From contig NC_042998.1 in the NCBI RefSeq assembly GCF_006345805.1, positions 78,740,001 through 78,804,000 of the forward strand: DNA of 64,000 nt, read 5' to 3'. The DNA is from Octopus sinensis (Eukaryota). Below the pieces are notes generated by a model. That model was not told where the DNA came from, searched no databases, and was given only the letters and a program-made list of their open reading frames with translations. Below are positions 24,926-38,628 of this stretch, piece after piece (position 1 is the first letter of the stretch; each line of letters starts with the position of its first letter). A program made the position numbers and the translations under genes.

Positions 24926-26633
24926 ATACTTTACAGTCTTTAGTCTTGTTTCTCTGGCATTCACTCAGCATTTATTTTCTTGGATTTAATAAAATAAATA
25001 AGTCTTGAGCCCTGTTTAAGTTGTTAAGGTATATTCATTATTGATATAAGATTGTAATATACTGGAATAGTCTCATGTTGATTTCCCCCGAGCTCATCAC
25101 TGCAAAGCAACAGAGACTTCAATCTGTTTTTGTTTTGGTATAGATATTGTTACTGTTACCAACACATACATTGCAGTAGTTACTTGAACTTTATTATAAT
25201 TTTGTGATAACAACTAGTATTTGATATATATATTTATTAAAATTTTTCTATGTACATTTTTGTAGGACCTTGTCATTGAAACTTAAAGTCAAATGTTGGC
25301 CAGTTTTAATAGGCTGTGTTATGTATATTTACCTACATACAATTGCATGGTGCTAGTCAAAGTAGTAAAAAATGTAGTATTCACTTATATTTTAATATAA
25401 TATCATATTTGTATTCTCTTATATTTTAATATAAAGTCATATTGTACTCACTTATATTTTATTAGTAATAATAATAAAACATAGTCTTTGCTCTATAGAA
25501 TTTCAGTTTCCATTTAATGATGAGGTCATTAGCAATCTACTTCAGGTTTTAATTTTTGGGGATTCTTTCTCTTTCCTTTTGCTTCTGTACATTTATGATA
25601 GATGATTTTCATTCATCTATCACGATAGATGTGATAGACTGGGTAATTACAGATTTGCACAAAAACCTTGAAACGCTTGGATTTTCTAAGAAAGAGTAAA
25701 CAAAACTACTAGCATGCAACCTCCATTTCCAATCTATTAGCAGCACAGTAAAAATTTGCAAGACATGCCAAAGATACTTCCATTTGAGATTCTTTAAATG
25801 AATACATGCACACACTTGGTTATATGTGCATCTACAAAGATATGTAAAATGTAATCAGACATACACAATCAGCTTTGAAATATACACTTCAACATATACT
25901 TTCATATGTTAGGAGTAAATGCTCAATACAGAAGCAGATTGTAATTGGTATAGTCTAATGACATAAAGAACATATGTTTATGTATGTACACATACACACA
26001 CTCAGACATATATGAAAAATAATATCCGTATTGATTTTGGATATATATTTTTGTAAGTATATTTTATGTTACTGGATTATACTATATATATATTAGTATA
26101 ATCTAGTAACATAGAAATATACTTAAAACATATATCTAAAATCAATAGGGATTTGAAATTTTTTTATTCTACATATCTACTTTTCTAAGTATATTTTTTT
26201 GGTTACTAAATTATACTAATTGCGCTCTGCTTTTGCATTGAGCACTTGCTACTAATGTATAACAGTATATACTGAAGCGTATGTTTTGAATAATATGTGC
26301 GTGTGTACACATATTTTCCATCACTGATTATAAACCACTTGAACTGAATATATGAATATTGGGACAAGAAAACTTGGCCCACTCTTATGTTGACCTACAT
26401 AAATATATGTATATATATATATACACAGGCGTGTATGTGAATGTGTGTGTGTGTGTTTTCTGTACGTATAAATAATTTAACCCTTGGATAAAATTAGCTG
26501 TCCTGAAATTTACAGGAATACCATAAATGCCTGGTATCTCCATCCTACTGCTGCTACGCAAGAGTTGGGTGTTGCTCTGCTTTGTAATAAGAGTATTTTT
26601 GGAATTATATAAGTAACTGATGTATGCGCTGTG

Positions 26634-26675
<42 letters not shown>

Positions 26676-26830
26676 TGTATATTAGAATACGTGTATATAA
26701 ATATTTTTATATTTGTGTGGGTGTAATCACACAGCTTTGATTTTCATTTTTTAAAAAATTATTTATCCCCCTCCTCTGCTTGCCTTCCTCTACTATTTCC
26801 ATGTCCTAATTAACAAAATAAACTATATGC

Positions 26831-26864
<34 letters not shown>

Positions 26865-27259
26865 CAGTGTTTTTAGTTTGTATAGATTGGGGATTGGTAG
26901 CAGAGAGAGAGAGGCGGGGATAGGGGAGCGAGTGTGAGAGAAAAAGAGAGACTATGATTAAAAGAATGATGATAATTGTGTTGTTATTGTTTGTTGACAC
27001 TGTCTGTGATGATAGTGATAAAGTTGGTTGTATTGTTGTTTAGGATAGTTGAAGTTGGTAGTGGTGATGTCGGCACTGATAGTATTGAATGAATGTTGTT
27101 AGCACTGGGTCAAACCAGAAATCAAGTGGATGTATGATTAAAGTGATTCCAGCAGTGACTACCTTTTTTTTTTTTAGTGGTATCTGAAACTACATTTTCC
27201 AATGTCAGATTGTGTTAATACTCCTACTGCACAAATGCCTGAAGTAGCTTTGCCTTTAA

Positions 27260-27461
27260 CCCTTTTGTTACCATATTTATTTCAATTAATTTTAGATGTA
27301 ACAAAGAATTTAGTAAAATAACTCATTTTATCATTAAGCTGGTGTTAGGAACATAAATTGTGACTAAGGTTTGGTGGAAGATTTTAATTCAAAACTTATG
27401 AAAACAAGACATTTGTCCTTCAGAGCCAGAGGCGGTTTCAGGCAGGCTGGTATCAAAAGGG
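27260..27461 (-). mobile_element. piggyBac-like MITE
   Basis: TTAA on both sides, CCCTTTTG...CAAAAGGG TIRs, reverse complement of the 32117-32336 family. Confidence 0.9.
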
Positions 27462-27879
27462 TTAATAAGTACACTTTGGAATAACCTCAAGTATCTCTGA
27501 TATGTGTGTGTGTGTGTGCGTGCGCGCATGTGCATGTAAATGTGTCTATGTGTCTTAGTATATACATCTAGTGTCTAGGAGTGATCTGCCCTTGGGCAGG
27601 TCCTCTGCTCGTGAACCTTTTGAGGTATATGTGGCTACTAATTTTGGAAGTAAAGCAACTATGTAGAGATTTCTTTGTTGCTTGTATAAATTTTATCGCT
27701 GGTGGTAGCAGTAATGTTAATTTTCCCAGCAGTGTTGTTGATTTGGTGATAGTTAGAAATCCAAATGTTTATTGTGCAAATTTGTGGTGCTATCATCCAT
27801 ACATACAGGCTTGTCCTTTGCCAGTTCCAGTACCACATAAAATGCACTTGTGCTGTGTAAATGCACCCATACTGTGTCA

Positions 27880-28283
27880 TGTGGAAAGCACCTAGCACAC
27901 TCTGTAAAGTGGCTGGCATTAGGAAGAGCATCCAGCTGTAGAAACCATGCCACAACAGACAATTGGAATCTGGACAGTTCCATGGTTGGTCAGTTCCATA
28001 TCAAACCATCCAACCCATGCCAGTATAGAAAATGGACATTGGCACATAAAAAGCACCAACCGATCATGGCCGTTGCCAGCCTCCTCGCCTGGCACCTGTG
28101 CCAGTGGCACATAAAAAGCACCCACTTCACTCACGGAGTGGTTGGCGTTAGGAAGGGCATCCAGCTGTAGAAACATTGCCTGATTAGAATGGAGCCTGGT
28201 GCAGCCTCCTGGTTTCCCAGACCCTGGTCGAACTGTCCAACCCATGCTAGTATGGAAAACAGATGTTAAACGATGATGATGAT
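27880..28283 (+). mobile_element. Two tandem RTE 3' ends
   Basis: Two successive ggc.ttaggaag.gcatccagctgtagaaac...aacccatgc.agtat blocks; the second ends in (gat)n. Confidence 0.8.
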
Positions 28284-28296
28284 TGTTGGTTGTATT

Positions 28297-28515
28297 ATTC
28301 TTTTCTACTCAAGGTACAAGGCCCGAAATTTTGTGGGAGGGGGCCAGTCAATTAAATCGACCCTAGTACTCAACTGGTATTTAATTTATCGACCCTGAAA
28401 GGATGAAAAGCAAAGTTGATGTCTACAGAATTTGAACTCAGAACGTAAAGACAGACAAAATACTGCTAAGATTTTCGTCCAGAGTGCTAATGATTCTACC
28501 ACCTTGCTGCCTTGT
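28297..28515 (-). mobile_element. tRNA-derived octopus SINE (family of 42063-42280)
   Basis: Reverse complement contains acgttctgagttcaaatt..ctttcatcctttcagggtcgataaattaa.taccagttgagtact. Confidence 0.8.
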
Positions 28516-29917
28516 TGGTGGTATTATTGCAGTACTCTTAATGCTGTTGTTGTTGTTGTTGTTGATAAGAGTAGCATTGGTGATGCTTTAGCAGTGTTAT
28601 AAGTCTTGATAATAGTACTGCTACTAGTAGTCTTATTGAACAGGTTTGTGATCAAAGATATTCCAGCTAGACCTTCCTATATTTTATTCAAACATACTGC
28701 ATCAAGAACCTATAGAACCACATTATCCAATGTGTTCTTTTCCTTTTTAAGATGATAGGATATGACTTCAGGGAGATTTATCTATTTCTATAGGGTCAAG
28801 TGAGTAAAATTTGTTTTTTTCTTAGTAGCAGTATTAGTGTTAGCACTGCTTGTATTTTGGCAGTATAGGTGTTGGTGTTGTTAATAGTATTGCAGTTGTT
28901 TCACTCATGAGTGTTATGATTTGTTTTCACATTTTCATAATTTCTTGAAGACAGTAAAAGATCAAAGAAATATTAGTGATAAATAAACTTTGCCTTGAAA
29001 GTTCAAGAATGTCTATCCAGCAGATGAACACCCTCTAGTCCACAAGAAAAATCTACTTCCTTTTCTTGTTTCATTTGGAGAATTCAGAAACAAGAAATCA
29101 CTTTTGTTGGTTATAGCCTGGAGCTTTCTCAACAAAGCATCCTCCTACATAGCCAAAGACATACCAATTGTCTTTGTTTCAACAAGAACTTACACCACAT
29201 TATAGCAGCAAGGTGAAAACTGAGCTCTTGTTCTATTGCCAAAAGCAAGCTTCCTTACTGGCTAAATTTTAACCACTAACTGTTAAAACTATCCCATCAG
29301 TTTTTAGCCGACATAAACTAACAGTCCACTGCTTCCCTTTATATGACATCTGAAGTGTCTGCCTATGGTCAACAACATATGTGTGTGTATATATGTATGT
29401 ATATATATGTATGCATGTATGTATATGCGTTGTGTGTGTGTATCTCTCTAAAAATGTTTAAGCGTACATATCTATATATCTAAATGTTTGTGTATGTGCA
29501 TTAATGCACGCACACACTCACACATTATTTACTATCTTCAATCTATTTTCTCTATTCTTTTTTTATGAATGAATGTGTCACCTTCAGGTCTCTTTCAAAT
29601 TCCAAACTTCTTTTGAAGCTGCTCACCATTCTGCAATTCATGCCATTTGCACTCTTCATTAAGCAACCTGTCACAGCAATGTTTTCAGTTGGTCTTCATT
29701 GATTGTAAGCATTTCACTGTCATTTCCTTCACATTTTAACCCATTCACATTTTGCTATGTTCTGTAATACTTTGTGATGTTTCTGTTCAAAACAAATTCC
29801 ATATCTTCATCTTATTCTCTTGGAACAATGAAATTAATTAAATTATTTGCATTCACTTTGTAAATAGAAACCATTTTCTGTTTTCTTTCTTATTTTCCTT
29901 TGCTTTTTCTTTGTTAG

Positions 29918-29926
29918 ACAAAGGGT
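29918..29926 (+). CDS. Candidate 9-nt frame-preserving microexon ACAAAGGGT (TKG if phase 0)
   Basis: Pyrimidine tract of about 40 nt with UGC about 17 nt upstream, ttgttAG acceptor, donor with perfect GTAAGT; no stop in any frame. Confidence 0.7.
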
Positions 29927-30555
29927 GTAAGTTGAGAAAATTGATAGCAGCATATGCTTTTAGTCTTTTGCTTGTTTCACTTATTAGTGAAGGCTAGCTG
30001 CTTCATTGATATGGTCAGAATAAGTCAAAAGCAAACATATCCAGAGTTGTCTTATATACTTACCAGAAAAGTTGAAATGATAATAATAAGAATTACTAGT
30101 CATTAACTAATATTGAACTTTACCAACTACATAACTATTTCCAGTTAGCTTTTTCCTATCTTAATGTTAATGAACTTTACCAACTACATAACAATTTCTA
30201 GTTAGCTTTTTTCAATCTTAATATTATGTTAAGAGTAACCTAACTATTTTATGGCATAGTCACATGCTCTTGTGTGAAAGTGTCCACCAATGTATATTCT
30301 CTTAACATAAGTTGTTTGGCAAATATTTCCCATTTGACTTCAGTAAAGTCGTCATTTACCTTTCTCATGTAGTTTCCATGATGTAATTTTCTGTTATTTC
30401 CATACATCTATTCCTTCCCAAGTTCATTCCTCTCTTTTATCACTTCATGGATAATATAGTTAGTTACACAACCATGTTGACTAATATCTGAATATATTTT
30501 TGACTTTCAACAAATGATCTGTAACTTGCTAATCTCCTTCTCCTTTCCTTTCCCT

Positions 30556-30606
<51 letters not shown>

Positions 30607-32116
30607 TCCACTTTAAACACACACACACACACATATGATACAGAAATGAATCTTGTTTCAGTGTTGATGAGGTGAATTGCAGATTTTCAATTGTCAAAAT
30701 CCTACACATATTCATTTATTGTGTAATTGACTGTGCATTCGGCATGAAGCTATACCCTTAATGTAAGCTTCAAGCAGTTTCAGTGTGACTGTATGATAAG
30801 GCTTGCCTTTTCCACTTCACTCATACAGGCCATCCAATTGCCTTCCATAGAGTTTCTGTCCACCCAAATTCACTTACAAAGTTTGAGTTAACTCAAATCT
30901 ATCTAGAAACATTTGTCAGAGTTGCTGCACAATGGAATTGAATCTGGAACCTCATGATTGCAAAACTAAATTCTTAAATTCTTAACTATTTGTCTCTATC
31001 TGTTCCATGCATACATGGATGCAAACATACATATTTACACACATTGACACAGTTCCACTTGAATGTTGGACAAAATTCCTTGTATTTATTCCAGCTCCCT
31101 GCACTTGGGTGTTCAAATCTCATCAAGGTTAACTCAGTGTTACAACCTTTTGGAGATGATAAAATACCAAGATAGTGAATTGTGGATGAGGTGCTTTGTG
31201 TTAAATGTTCCAGCTCTTTACATTCTAAATTCTTCCATAGATGGTCTAATTTGTTGCCCTGTTTAACACCGGTTTAATCTGTTACCCTGTTTAACACTAG
31301 TTCCTAGATCTTGAATTCCCTCCATTAACAGAGTTTACCCTGTTAAAGGAAGAAATAGTTAAGCTAGATCCCTGATTTTGAAGATAAACTTCCCCATTCT
31401 TCTTATCAGTCATTATAACTCTGAAGAAACAAAGGGTCATGGACACTACCCTTCCCTCCCTGACTAAACTTTGGTGTCACATGCAAAGCACCCAATCCAC
31501 TCTGTAAACTGGTTGACATTAGGAATGTACCCAGCCATGAAAACCATGCCAAAACATACAGCAGTGTTTGACGCAGTCCTCTGGCTTGCCAGCTCCGATC
31601 AAACTGTCCACTCCATGTCAACATGGTAGATGGACATTAAACGATAGTGATGGTGATATACATCATTAGAATCAAACTTCCTTTGAGGCTAATTATAAAC
31701 ATTGCACTGTGAGTATAGCAAAGCTATTTACTCAAGAGTTGTTGGCTCATTTTATTCACATGTAAATTAAGGAAGTACAGCCGATCTCTCTCCTGTATTA
31801 CTTTGAAATTGCCATTTCCATGCTTGGTCCCATTTGGATGTCAGTGACCACTTGTGTAGGAATAGCAGGTAACATCTAAACAATAGTCTTTAACTTCAAC
31901 TCTTGTTCTGTTCTCACCATCATTTTCTCTGTAATTTCTCATTCTACACATGCTTACTTTATACCACATATATTTATAAAGACTTATCTCTCTAAGCATT
32001 TATTTTTCCTTGAGATTGAATCAGCCATGTCTTACTTTTAAGTTATTACGTATAATAGATATTATATATATGCTTAGAAAGTTAATATTTCACTCTTTTA
32101 AACGATTTGAATTTAA

Positions 32117-32336
32117 CCCTTTCGTTACCAACCGGCTGGAAACGGCCTCTGGCTCTGAGTACAAATGTCTTGTTTTCATAAGTTCTGAATTAAAATCTTC
32201 CACCAAACCTTAGTCACAATTTATGTTCCTAACACTAGCTTAATGACAATAAAGTTATTTTACTAAATTCTTTGTTATATTTAAATTAATTGAAAGAAAC
32301 ACAGAGCATCTCAAAATAAATACAGTAACAAAAGGG
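32117..32336 (+). mobile_element. piggyBac-like MITE (best-preserved copy)
   Basis: TTAA-CCCTTTCGTTAC ... GTAACAAAAGGG-TTAA. Confidence 0.92.
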
Positions 32337-33157
32337 TTAAACACAAAAATTTAAAACTAGCCTAATGCAATTAGTGATTATCTAAATGCCACAAATATGA
32401 ATGTCATTTAATTTAAGAAAATTCAAAGTATAATTTTTTTCAAGCAAATTGGAATGTCTGCATTGAAGATAAAAAAAAAAAAACTAAAATAATATGGTGC
32501 TTAGTTGCCCAAAATTTCTAAAAAAAAAAAATCACATCTATGTGACAGTGAATCTATACATTTGGTGATCATATTAACTCTGTGTGTGTGTGTGTGTGTG
32601 ATACATTTCTCTCAATTTCCTGCACTTTCTTTGTTGAAACTCCTGTCAATCTGTTTTCTTGAGATTTCTATCAGATTTGAATTGGCAGCACTTTAAATAC
32701 TTTTTTTGTTTTTGATGAATTGTTTGATTATTGCAGCGGTTTGCTTTTAGTTCATTGTCGTATTGATAAATCCTTGCCATTCCAAACGATTCTTGGCCTA
32801 TAGAAACATTATCTTATCCAAACTATCCAGATAGTCTGTACTAATCATGTTGCTTTTGATCTGATGTATGTGTGAGACTGAGTCATACTAGTACATAGCT
32901 TACTACTAATTCAGTAGATGAGAAACTGCTGTAGAAGTAGTTGGAGGAAAAGAAGGAATATATAGCAATATATTTATATCTTAGCACATGGTAGAGTGGG
33001 GCCTAGAAATAACTATCTTTGTTTAAATAATTTCATTGTTTTGCTTCTATAACTTTACTACTGTGATCAAATATTCAATTGTAATTTAAATCACTTGAGT
33101 TTTTTTAACAATGGAGGGCTACCACGGCACCTTTTACATAATGTGTTTGCCTATATG

Positions 33158-34199
33158 TGTAGGCGTAACTACAGATGTGTTCCCACCACCAATTTTGTTT
33201 CTTAATGACCTTTCTGAAAAATGCATATTTTATAATGAAATTTTCCAGAGATGCCTTTCAGTTGGGATAAATTACAATTCTCTCAGAATTTGTTTTGAGA
33301 ACTTTTTTTGGAGGGGAGGAGAACCATTTGAGAGAGTTCATTCACCTCAACTTTGTTCCTGATAAATGCATGTTTTTAATAAAATTTTCTACAAGATCAT
33401 TTCAGATTGGTGTTAATTATGTTTGTTGGAATTTGATGTGAAGAATTTTTTTTTTTTGGACAGGGTAAGTTTCAGATAATTCACACACCTTGACTTTGAT
33501 TCCTCATAAGTGTAGGAATTATCTTCTCACTCAATAATCTTTTCACATCAAATTCAAACATAATTGTAATTTACATCCTCAGGAATGTATTTTATGGAAA
33601 AATTCATAAATGATATCCATTTCTCAAGAAGTCATGAGGAAACAAAGTTGAGGCATGTGAATTTATTTGACCCCTCACATCTGCCATCCACACAAAAAGA
33701 AAAAAATCTTCTCCACAAACAAATTTCAACATAATCATAATCTACATTCTCTGAAACATTTGAACAAGATTTCATGAAAATAGTATGCATATAGGTGCAG
33801 GAGTGGCTGTGTGGTAAGTAACTTGCTTACTAACCAAATGGTTCCAAGTTCGGTCCCACTGCCTAGCACTTTGGGTAAGTGTCTTCTACTATAGCCTTGG
33901 ACTGACCAAAGCCTTGTGAGTGGATTTGGAAGACGGAAACTGAAAGAATCCCGTTGTATATATATATATATGTGTGTGTGTGTCCGCAAAATTGCTTGAC
34001 AACTGATGCTTGTGTGTTTACATCTCCGCAACTTAGCAGTTTGGCAAAAGAGACCGATAGAATAAGTCCTGGAGTCGATGTGCTCGACTAAAGGCTGTTT
34101 CCAGCTTGGCCACAGTCTGAAACAAGTAAAAGAATAGGCATTTTTCAGAAAGTTAGGAAGAATCAGTCAGGGAGGCACACATCTGTAGTTATGCCTCTG
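33158..34199. mobile_element. Non-autonomous TIR/foldback DNA element (hAT-like ends) interrupted by a SINE
   Basis: TIR aggcgtaactacagatgtg / cacatctgtagttatgcct; internal inverted arms at about 33190-33260 and 33580-33650; TSD not evident. Confidence 0.65.
33794..34135 (+). mobile_element. tRNA-derived octopus SINE (OR/OK class), full length
   Basis: A box tggctgtgtgg, B box gttcggtcc, internal (TA)n(TG)n, tail ccagcttggccacagtctgaaacaagtaaaagaat. Confidence 0.88.
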
Positions 34200-34841
34200 T
34201 TGAAGTATAAAGAGCTAGTTAAATTATGGTAACACAGTGATAGCAAAAGAAGAAAAAAAAATTTCTACACAAAAGATTGTAATCATGAATAAAATATCAC
34301 AGGAAACAATTTGTAATATTGGACAAGTGAAAAAGCTTTATAGTATACACTGAGTTGTAAACAACTAAGTTCAGATCAAACAATGAAAGTCAACCTAAGT
34401 TAAACAGCAGCTCAAAATAGTTGTTCAGCTCTGCTGGAGGGTGTTTCCTCTGTTATGAAAGTTGCTGATTAAGATATAAAATACTCTGATCATAGCTACG
34501 ACTTTTTTTTTATTTTCCGGCATTTATCCATGTTTTTATTTTATTTATTTAGTTAATTTTTATTTTATTTAACTGAATGTAGCCAAATTGATGTTCATTG
34601 ACACAAATTTGTAGTGTATGGTTACTACTTTAAATATATGTATATTTGCTATCCTTGTTACATTGTGATACGCCATGCAAGGTTGGAAGCATTTGTTACT
34701 GCTACTGAGTGGACAATCAACCTATGTACACACTTTATTGAAATGAAGTGTCTGCTTATTAGATAGGATATTTCCTATGTCAAGTGAACTAGTTTTATTT
34801 TCAACAATTCCCTGTAGATCGTGATTTGAATTGTAGTGGGT

Positions 34842-34949
34842 ATGTATTTGCTGCCCAATTCAGAAACAATAGTTACAACCATAGTAGGTTGTTCTATTTT
34901 TATTTTTACTTTATATTTTTGTTCTCCATTTCTGTTATTATTTGCTAAG
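34842..34949 (+). CDS. Candidate alternative first exon encoding a signal/membrane anchor (MYLLPNSETIVTTIVGCSIFIFTLYFCSPFLLLFAK)
   Basis: ATG to strong donor AAG|GTAAGA = 108 nt, stop-free, phase 0; 26-residue uncharged, mostly hydrophobic stretch; unique sequence. Confidence 0.45.
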
Positions 34950-35042
34950 GTAAGATACCAGCAGAATTTGCAGAGATTAGTTGAAATGCTTAGTTTTTCC
35001 TTTTAGTTTATGTATGTATATATCTGTCTATCATCATTTGTT

Positions 35043-35134
35043 AGGCACCTTGGGCAAGTGTCTTCTGCTGTAGCCCCGGGCCGACCAATGCCTTGTGAGT
35101 GGATTTGGTAGACGGAAACTGAAAGAAGCCTGTC

Positions 35135-35177
<43 letters not shown>

Positions 35178-35397
35178 ATGTGTGTGTGTGTGTGTATTTG
35201 TGTGTCTGTGTTTGTCCCCCTAGCATTGCTTGACAACCGATGCTGGTGTGTTTATGTCCCCGTCACTTAGCGGTTCGGCAAAAGAGACCGATAGAATAAG
35301 TACTGGGCTTACAAAAATAAGTCCCGGGGTCGATTTGCTCAACTAAAGGCGGTGCTCCAGCATGGCCGCAGTCAAATGACTGAAACAAGTAAAAGAG

Positions 35398-35399
<2 letters not shown>
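35043..35399 (+). mobile_element. 5'-truncated young SINE copy (family of 33794-34135)
   Basis: CpG-rich body, tail ggcggtgctccagcatggccgcagtcaaatgactgaaacaagtaaaagagt. Confidence 0.88.
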
Positions 35400-35451
<52 letters not shown>

Positions 35452-36614
35452 TATATGTGGTGCACATATGGATGCAGACATGGGTGTGTGGTAAGAAGCT
35501 TGCTTCCCAACCATATGGTTCCGAGTTCAGTCTGGCTGCTTGCCACCTTGGGCAAGTGGTTTCTACTGTAGTCACGGGTTGACCAAATCCTTGTGAATGG
35601 ATTTAGTAGACAAAAACAGAAAGAAGCCCATTATGTTTGTTCAGAAGAATTGGAATGCACTGAGACAATAGCTGATTTTGTTGATAAATAATGTCAACAA
35701 ACTTTACTGGTTGCAGCCCAGCTATAAATAATGATATCGCTACAAACAGGAACAGCTCTGCTTGTAACTGTAAGCTTAGCATTGTTTTGTAGGCACTAAC
35801 AAGCACAAACATGCATACCCTCTCTCACTCTCTCATATGAAAGTGGAAGATATTTTCAGGAAAACTATTCTTATTCATTTTTGCAAATATATATGACTGT
35901 TCCTTGGATGTTTTGTTTATAGCTTTATGAGTAGATTTGGTTCACAGAAACTGCAAGAAGCTCATCATATATATATATATATATATATATCATCATCATC
36001 ATTTGATGTTTGTTTTCCATGCTGTCATGGGTTGGATGGTTTGACTGAAAACTAGTAAGCAGGGGAGCTGCATCAGGTTTCAGTCTGATTTGGCATGATT
36101 TCTACAGCTGGATGCTGTAAAGCAAACCACTCCAAGAGTATAGTAGTATAGTAAATTCCATTGTCTCGACCACGGTCAAACAATGATGATGATGATGATA
36201 GTGAGTGCTTTTTACGTGCCACCAGCATGGGTACTAGTTACGAAAAACCAGCATCAGTCATGACTACAATCTCACTTGACTTGACAGGTCTTCACAAGCA
36301 CAGTGTATTGCCAAAGATCTCAGTCACTTGTCACAGCTTCCATGAGGCCCAAAGTTTGAAGGGTACTTTTTACGTGTCACTGACTCAGGTGCCAGGTATG
36401 CGACACTGGTATTGGCCACGTGTGTGTGTGTTAGTGTTGGCATTTGTACCTTGTTACTGCCCTACAACTGTTTGTTTACAACTCTGTAACTTAGCAGTTT
36501 GGCATAAGTGACAGAATAAGTACTAGAAAGTATTAAGGTTGATTTGTTCAACTAAAACCCTTTGAGGTGGTGTCCCAGCATGGCTGCCATCCATTGACTG
36601 AAATGAGAAAAAGA

Positions 36615-36752
36615 TTATATATATACATATATATATATACACATACATACACACACATTCATACATATACACACATATATATACACATTCATACACACAC
36701 ACGCAGACATATATATATGTATGTGTGTATATGTATGTATATATATGTATAT

Positions 36753-36803
<51 letters not shown>

Positions 36804-36812
36804 ATACACACC
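36615..36812. repeat. Compound (TA)n/(CA)n microsatellite
   Basis: Direct inspection; similar long tracts at 37490-37678, 60920-61138, 61395-61617 and many shorter ones. Confidence 0.95.
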
Positions 36813-37074
36813 TATGAATGGATGGATTGATGGGCAAATACTGCTAAGCATTTCACCCAGAGTGCCAGCTTGTCGCCCTTTGTCAGAACACAACTAACCA
36901 TAACAGATACCACGAGACATCTCGTCCAACTCTTAGTTCTGGCAATCCACTGCTCTGGATTGGTACTTCTTTATTGTGAAACAATGAAAGGCAATGTTGA
37001 AGTTGATGGGATTTTAACTCAGAGCTCAGAGAATCAGTACAAAACTGTTAGGCATCCTGTCCAATATTCTAATT

Positions 37075-37445
37075 ACTGTATGTATGCAGAGTGGCTCGCC
37101 TGGAACCACTAGCAACTGAAAGCACTAGAGGACCTGGTTGGCTCTATGCATGATGATGTCTCTAGGACCACTAACCAGGGATGACCCCAGCCTCATCAAG
37201 CAGGAGCATGAAGCAAGCAAGGAGCACAGTTTGTGACAGACCATGCCTTTCTTTTGCTGGGCTCAAGTCTCATTTGCAGACCCATGGAAATTGAACCTCT
37301 ACCTATCTGCGCACATCTTTCAATGCCGTGTATGCCATAAGGTCCGAAAATCTATGGAGGCCTCAAAGGACATTTTAAGGTCCACAAAGATCAGAAATTA
37401 ATTACAGCTCTTGGTGGTCCAAATCATATATGCAATCGACATAGG
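37075..37445 (+). mobile_element. Decayed LINE (probably a second RTE family) C-terminus with two C2H2 zinc fingers
   Basis: (C>S)TVCDRPCLSFAGLKSHLQTH at ~37223-37286 and CRVCHKVRKS/GGLKGHFKVH at 37324-37385 (frameshift); no splice sites. Confidence 0.6.
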
Positions 37446-37491
37446 TGTCTTTTCAATACAGTGTCTGGTTTAAAAAGCTACATCAGACACC

Positions 37492-37530
<39 letters not shown>

Positions 37531-37569
37531 ATACACACATATATATATATATATATATATACATACACG

Positions 37570-37609
<40 letters not shown>

Positions 37610-38590
37610 CATACACGCACGCACACACACACACACACACCACACACACATATATATATATATATACATATATATATCCCAGGGGATGATGTGAAGTTCT
37701 GAAAAATCAGGCTATTATATGTTTGACCTAATTGCATCATAATTCAGTTTGAATATGTACAAGGCCAGATGCTTGTATTTTCTTAACAGTGTGTTATGTA
37801 ATCCTGTTTTGTTTATATTAATCTGATTATGGTAATCTGTGTGGTGTGCACTTGTTTGTCTGTCTACAGTGTGTGCATGTGTATGTGTCAGTACATGGTT
37901 TTACTTTGTGTCTATGTGTGGTGTGAATGTGTATGTTTGTTTGGATGGATTTTGTTATTTTTGTAAGCATTTGTTTCTCTTGCATGTGCATCTGCGTATT
38001 TTGTGCATATACGATTTTTTGTGAATCTTCCTTTTTGTTTGGTCCAAAAGAAAGGGCTTAGTATATGACTTTTGCAGGCTTTTTGAAACCAGTGAAATGA
38101 ATATGGTTACTGTTCTTCAGCTATTATGAAGTAGCTGCTACAAGAAACATATGTGAAGGGAGGAAATTCCAGCTAATTGAATTTCAAAGTGAATCTCATC
38201 AGACAATTTGTGGCTGAATCAGAGGTACTGCTCTTTTAGAGAATGGGATAGATTGTAGCATCTTGCTAAAGATCAAGATTTATCCCAGTTGAAAGAGGAA
38301 AAGTGAGTGAGTGTGAGATAGACTGACAAAGATTGATGTGGCTTTTTCTTGTTGGGTGTGGTCCAGGATCTGTAGAAGCAGCATGATCCTTTATGTGGAA
38401 AGAGTAACCACTTGAAATTTGTCGAAGGATATTAGTTGTTGGAACTGAAATATGTACATTTTTATGTATGTGCTTGAGTGGGTGTTAGTAAATGTCAAAG
38501 GGAGAGCAATTTGGATTTGTGAGGAATTTTTCTGTGACAAACGTGAAGTGAAGAGACATATAAAAAGATAAAGTGAGTAACTGTTTTTGC

Positions 38591-38628
<38 letters not shown>

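Noticed and set aside
29588-29704. 117-nt exon (cttcAG...GTAAGC)
   Set aside because: Stop codons in all three frames and a weak pyrimidine tract; cannot be excluded as a non-coding or poison exon
30108-30225. Local ~57-bp tandem duplication (also 27-bp at 8435-8493)
   Set aside because: Ordinary slippage-type duplications with no further structure
34808-34880. miR-10-like sequence ttccctgtagatcgtgatttga
   Set aside because: About 17/22 identity, but it lies at the poorly paired base of a longer GU-rich stem rather than as a pre-miRNA arm; probably chance
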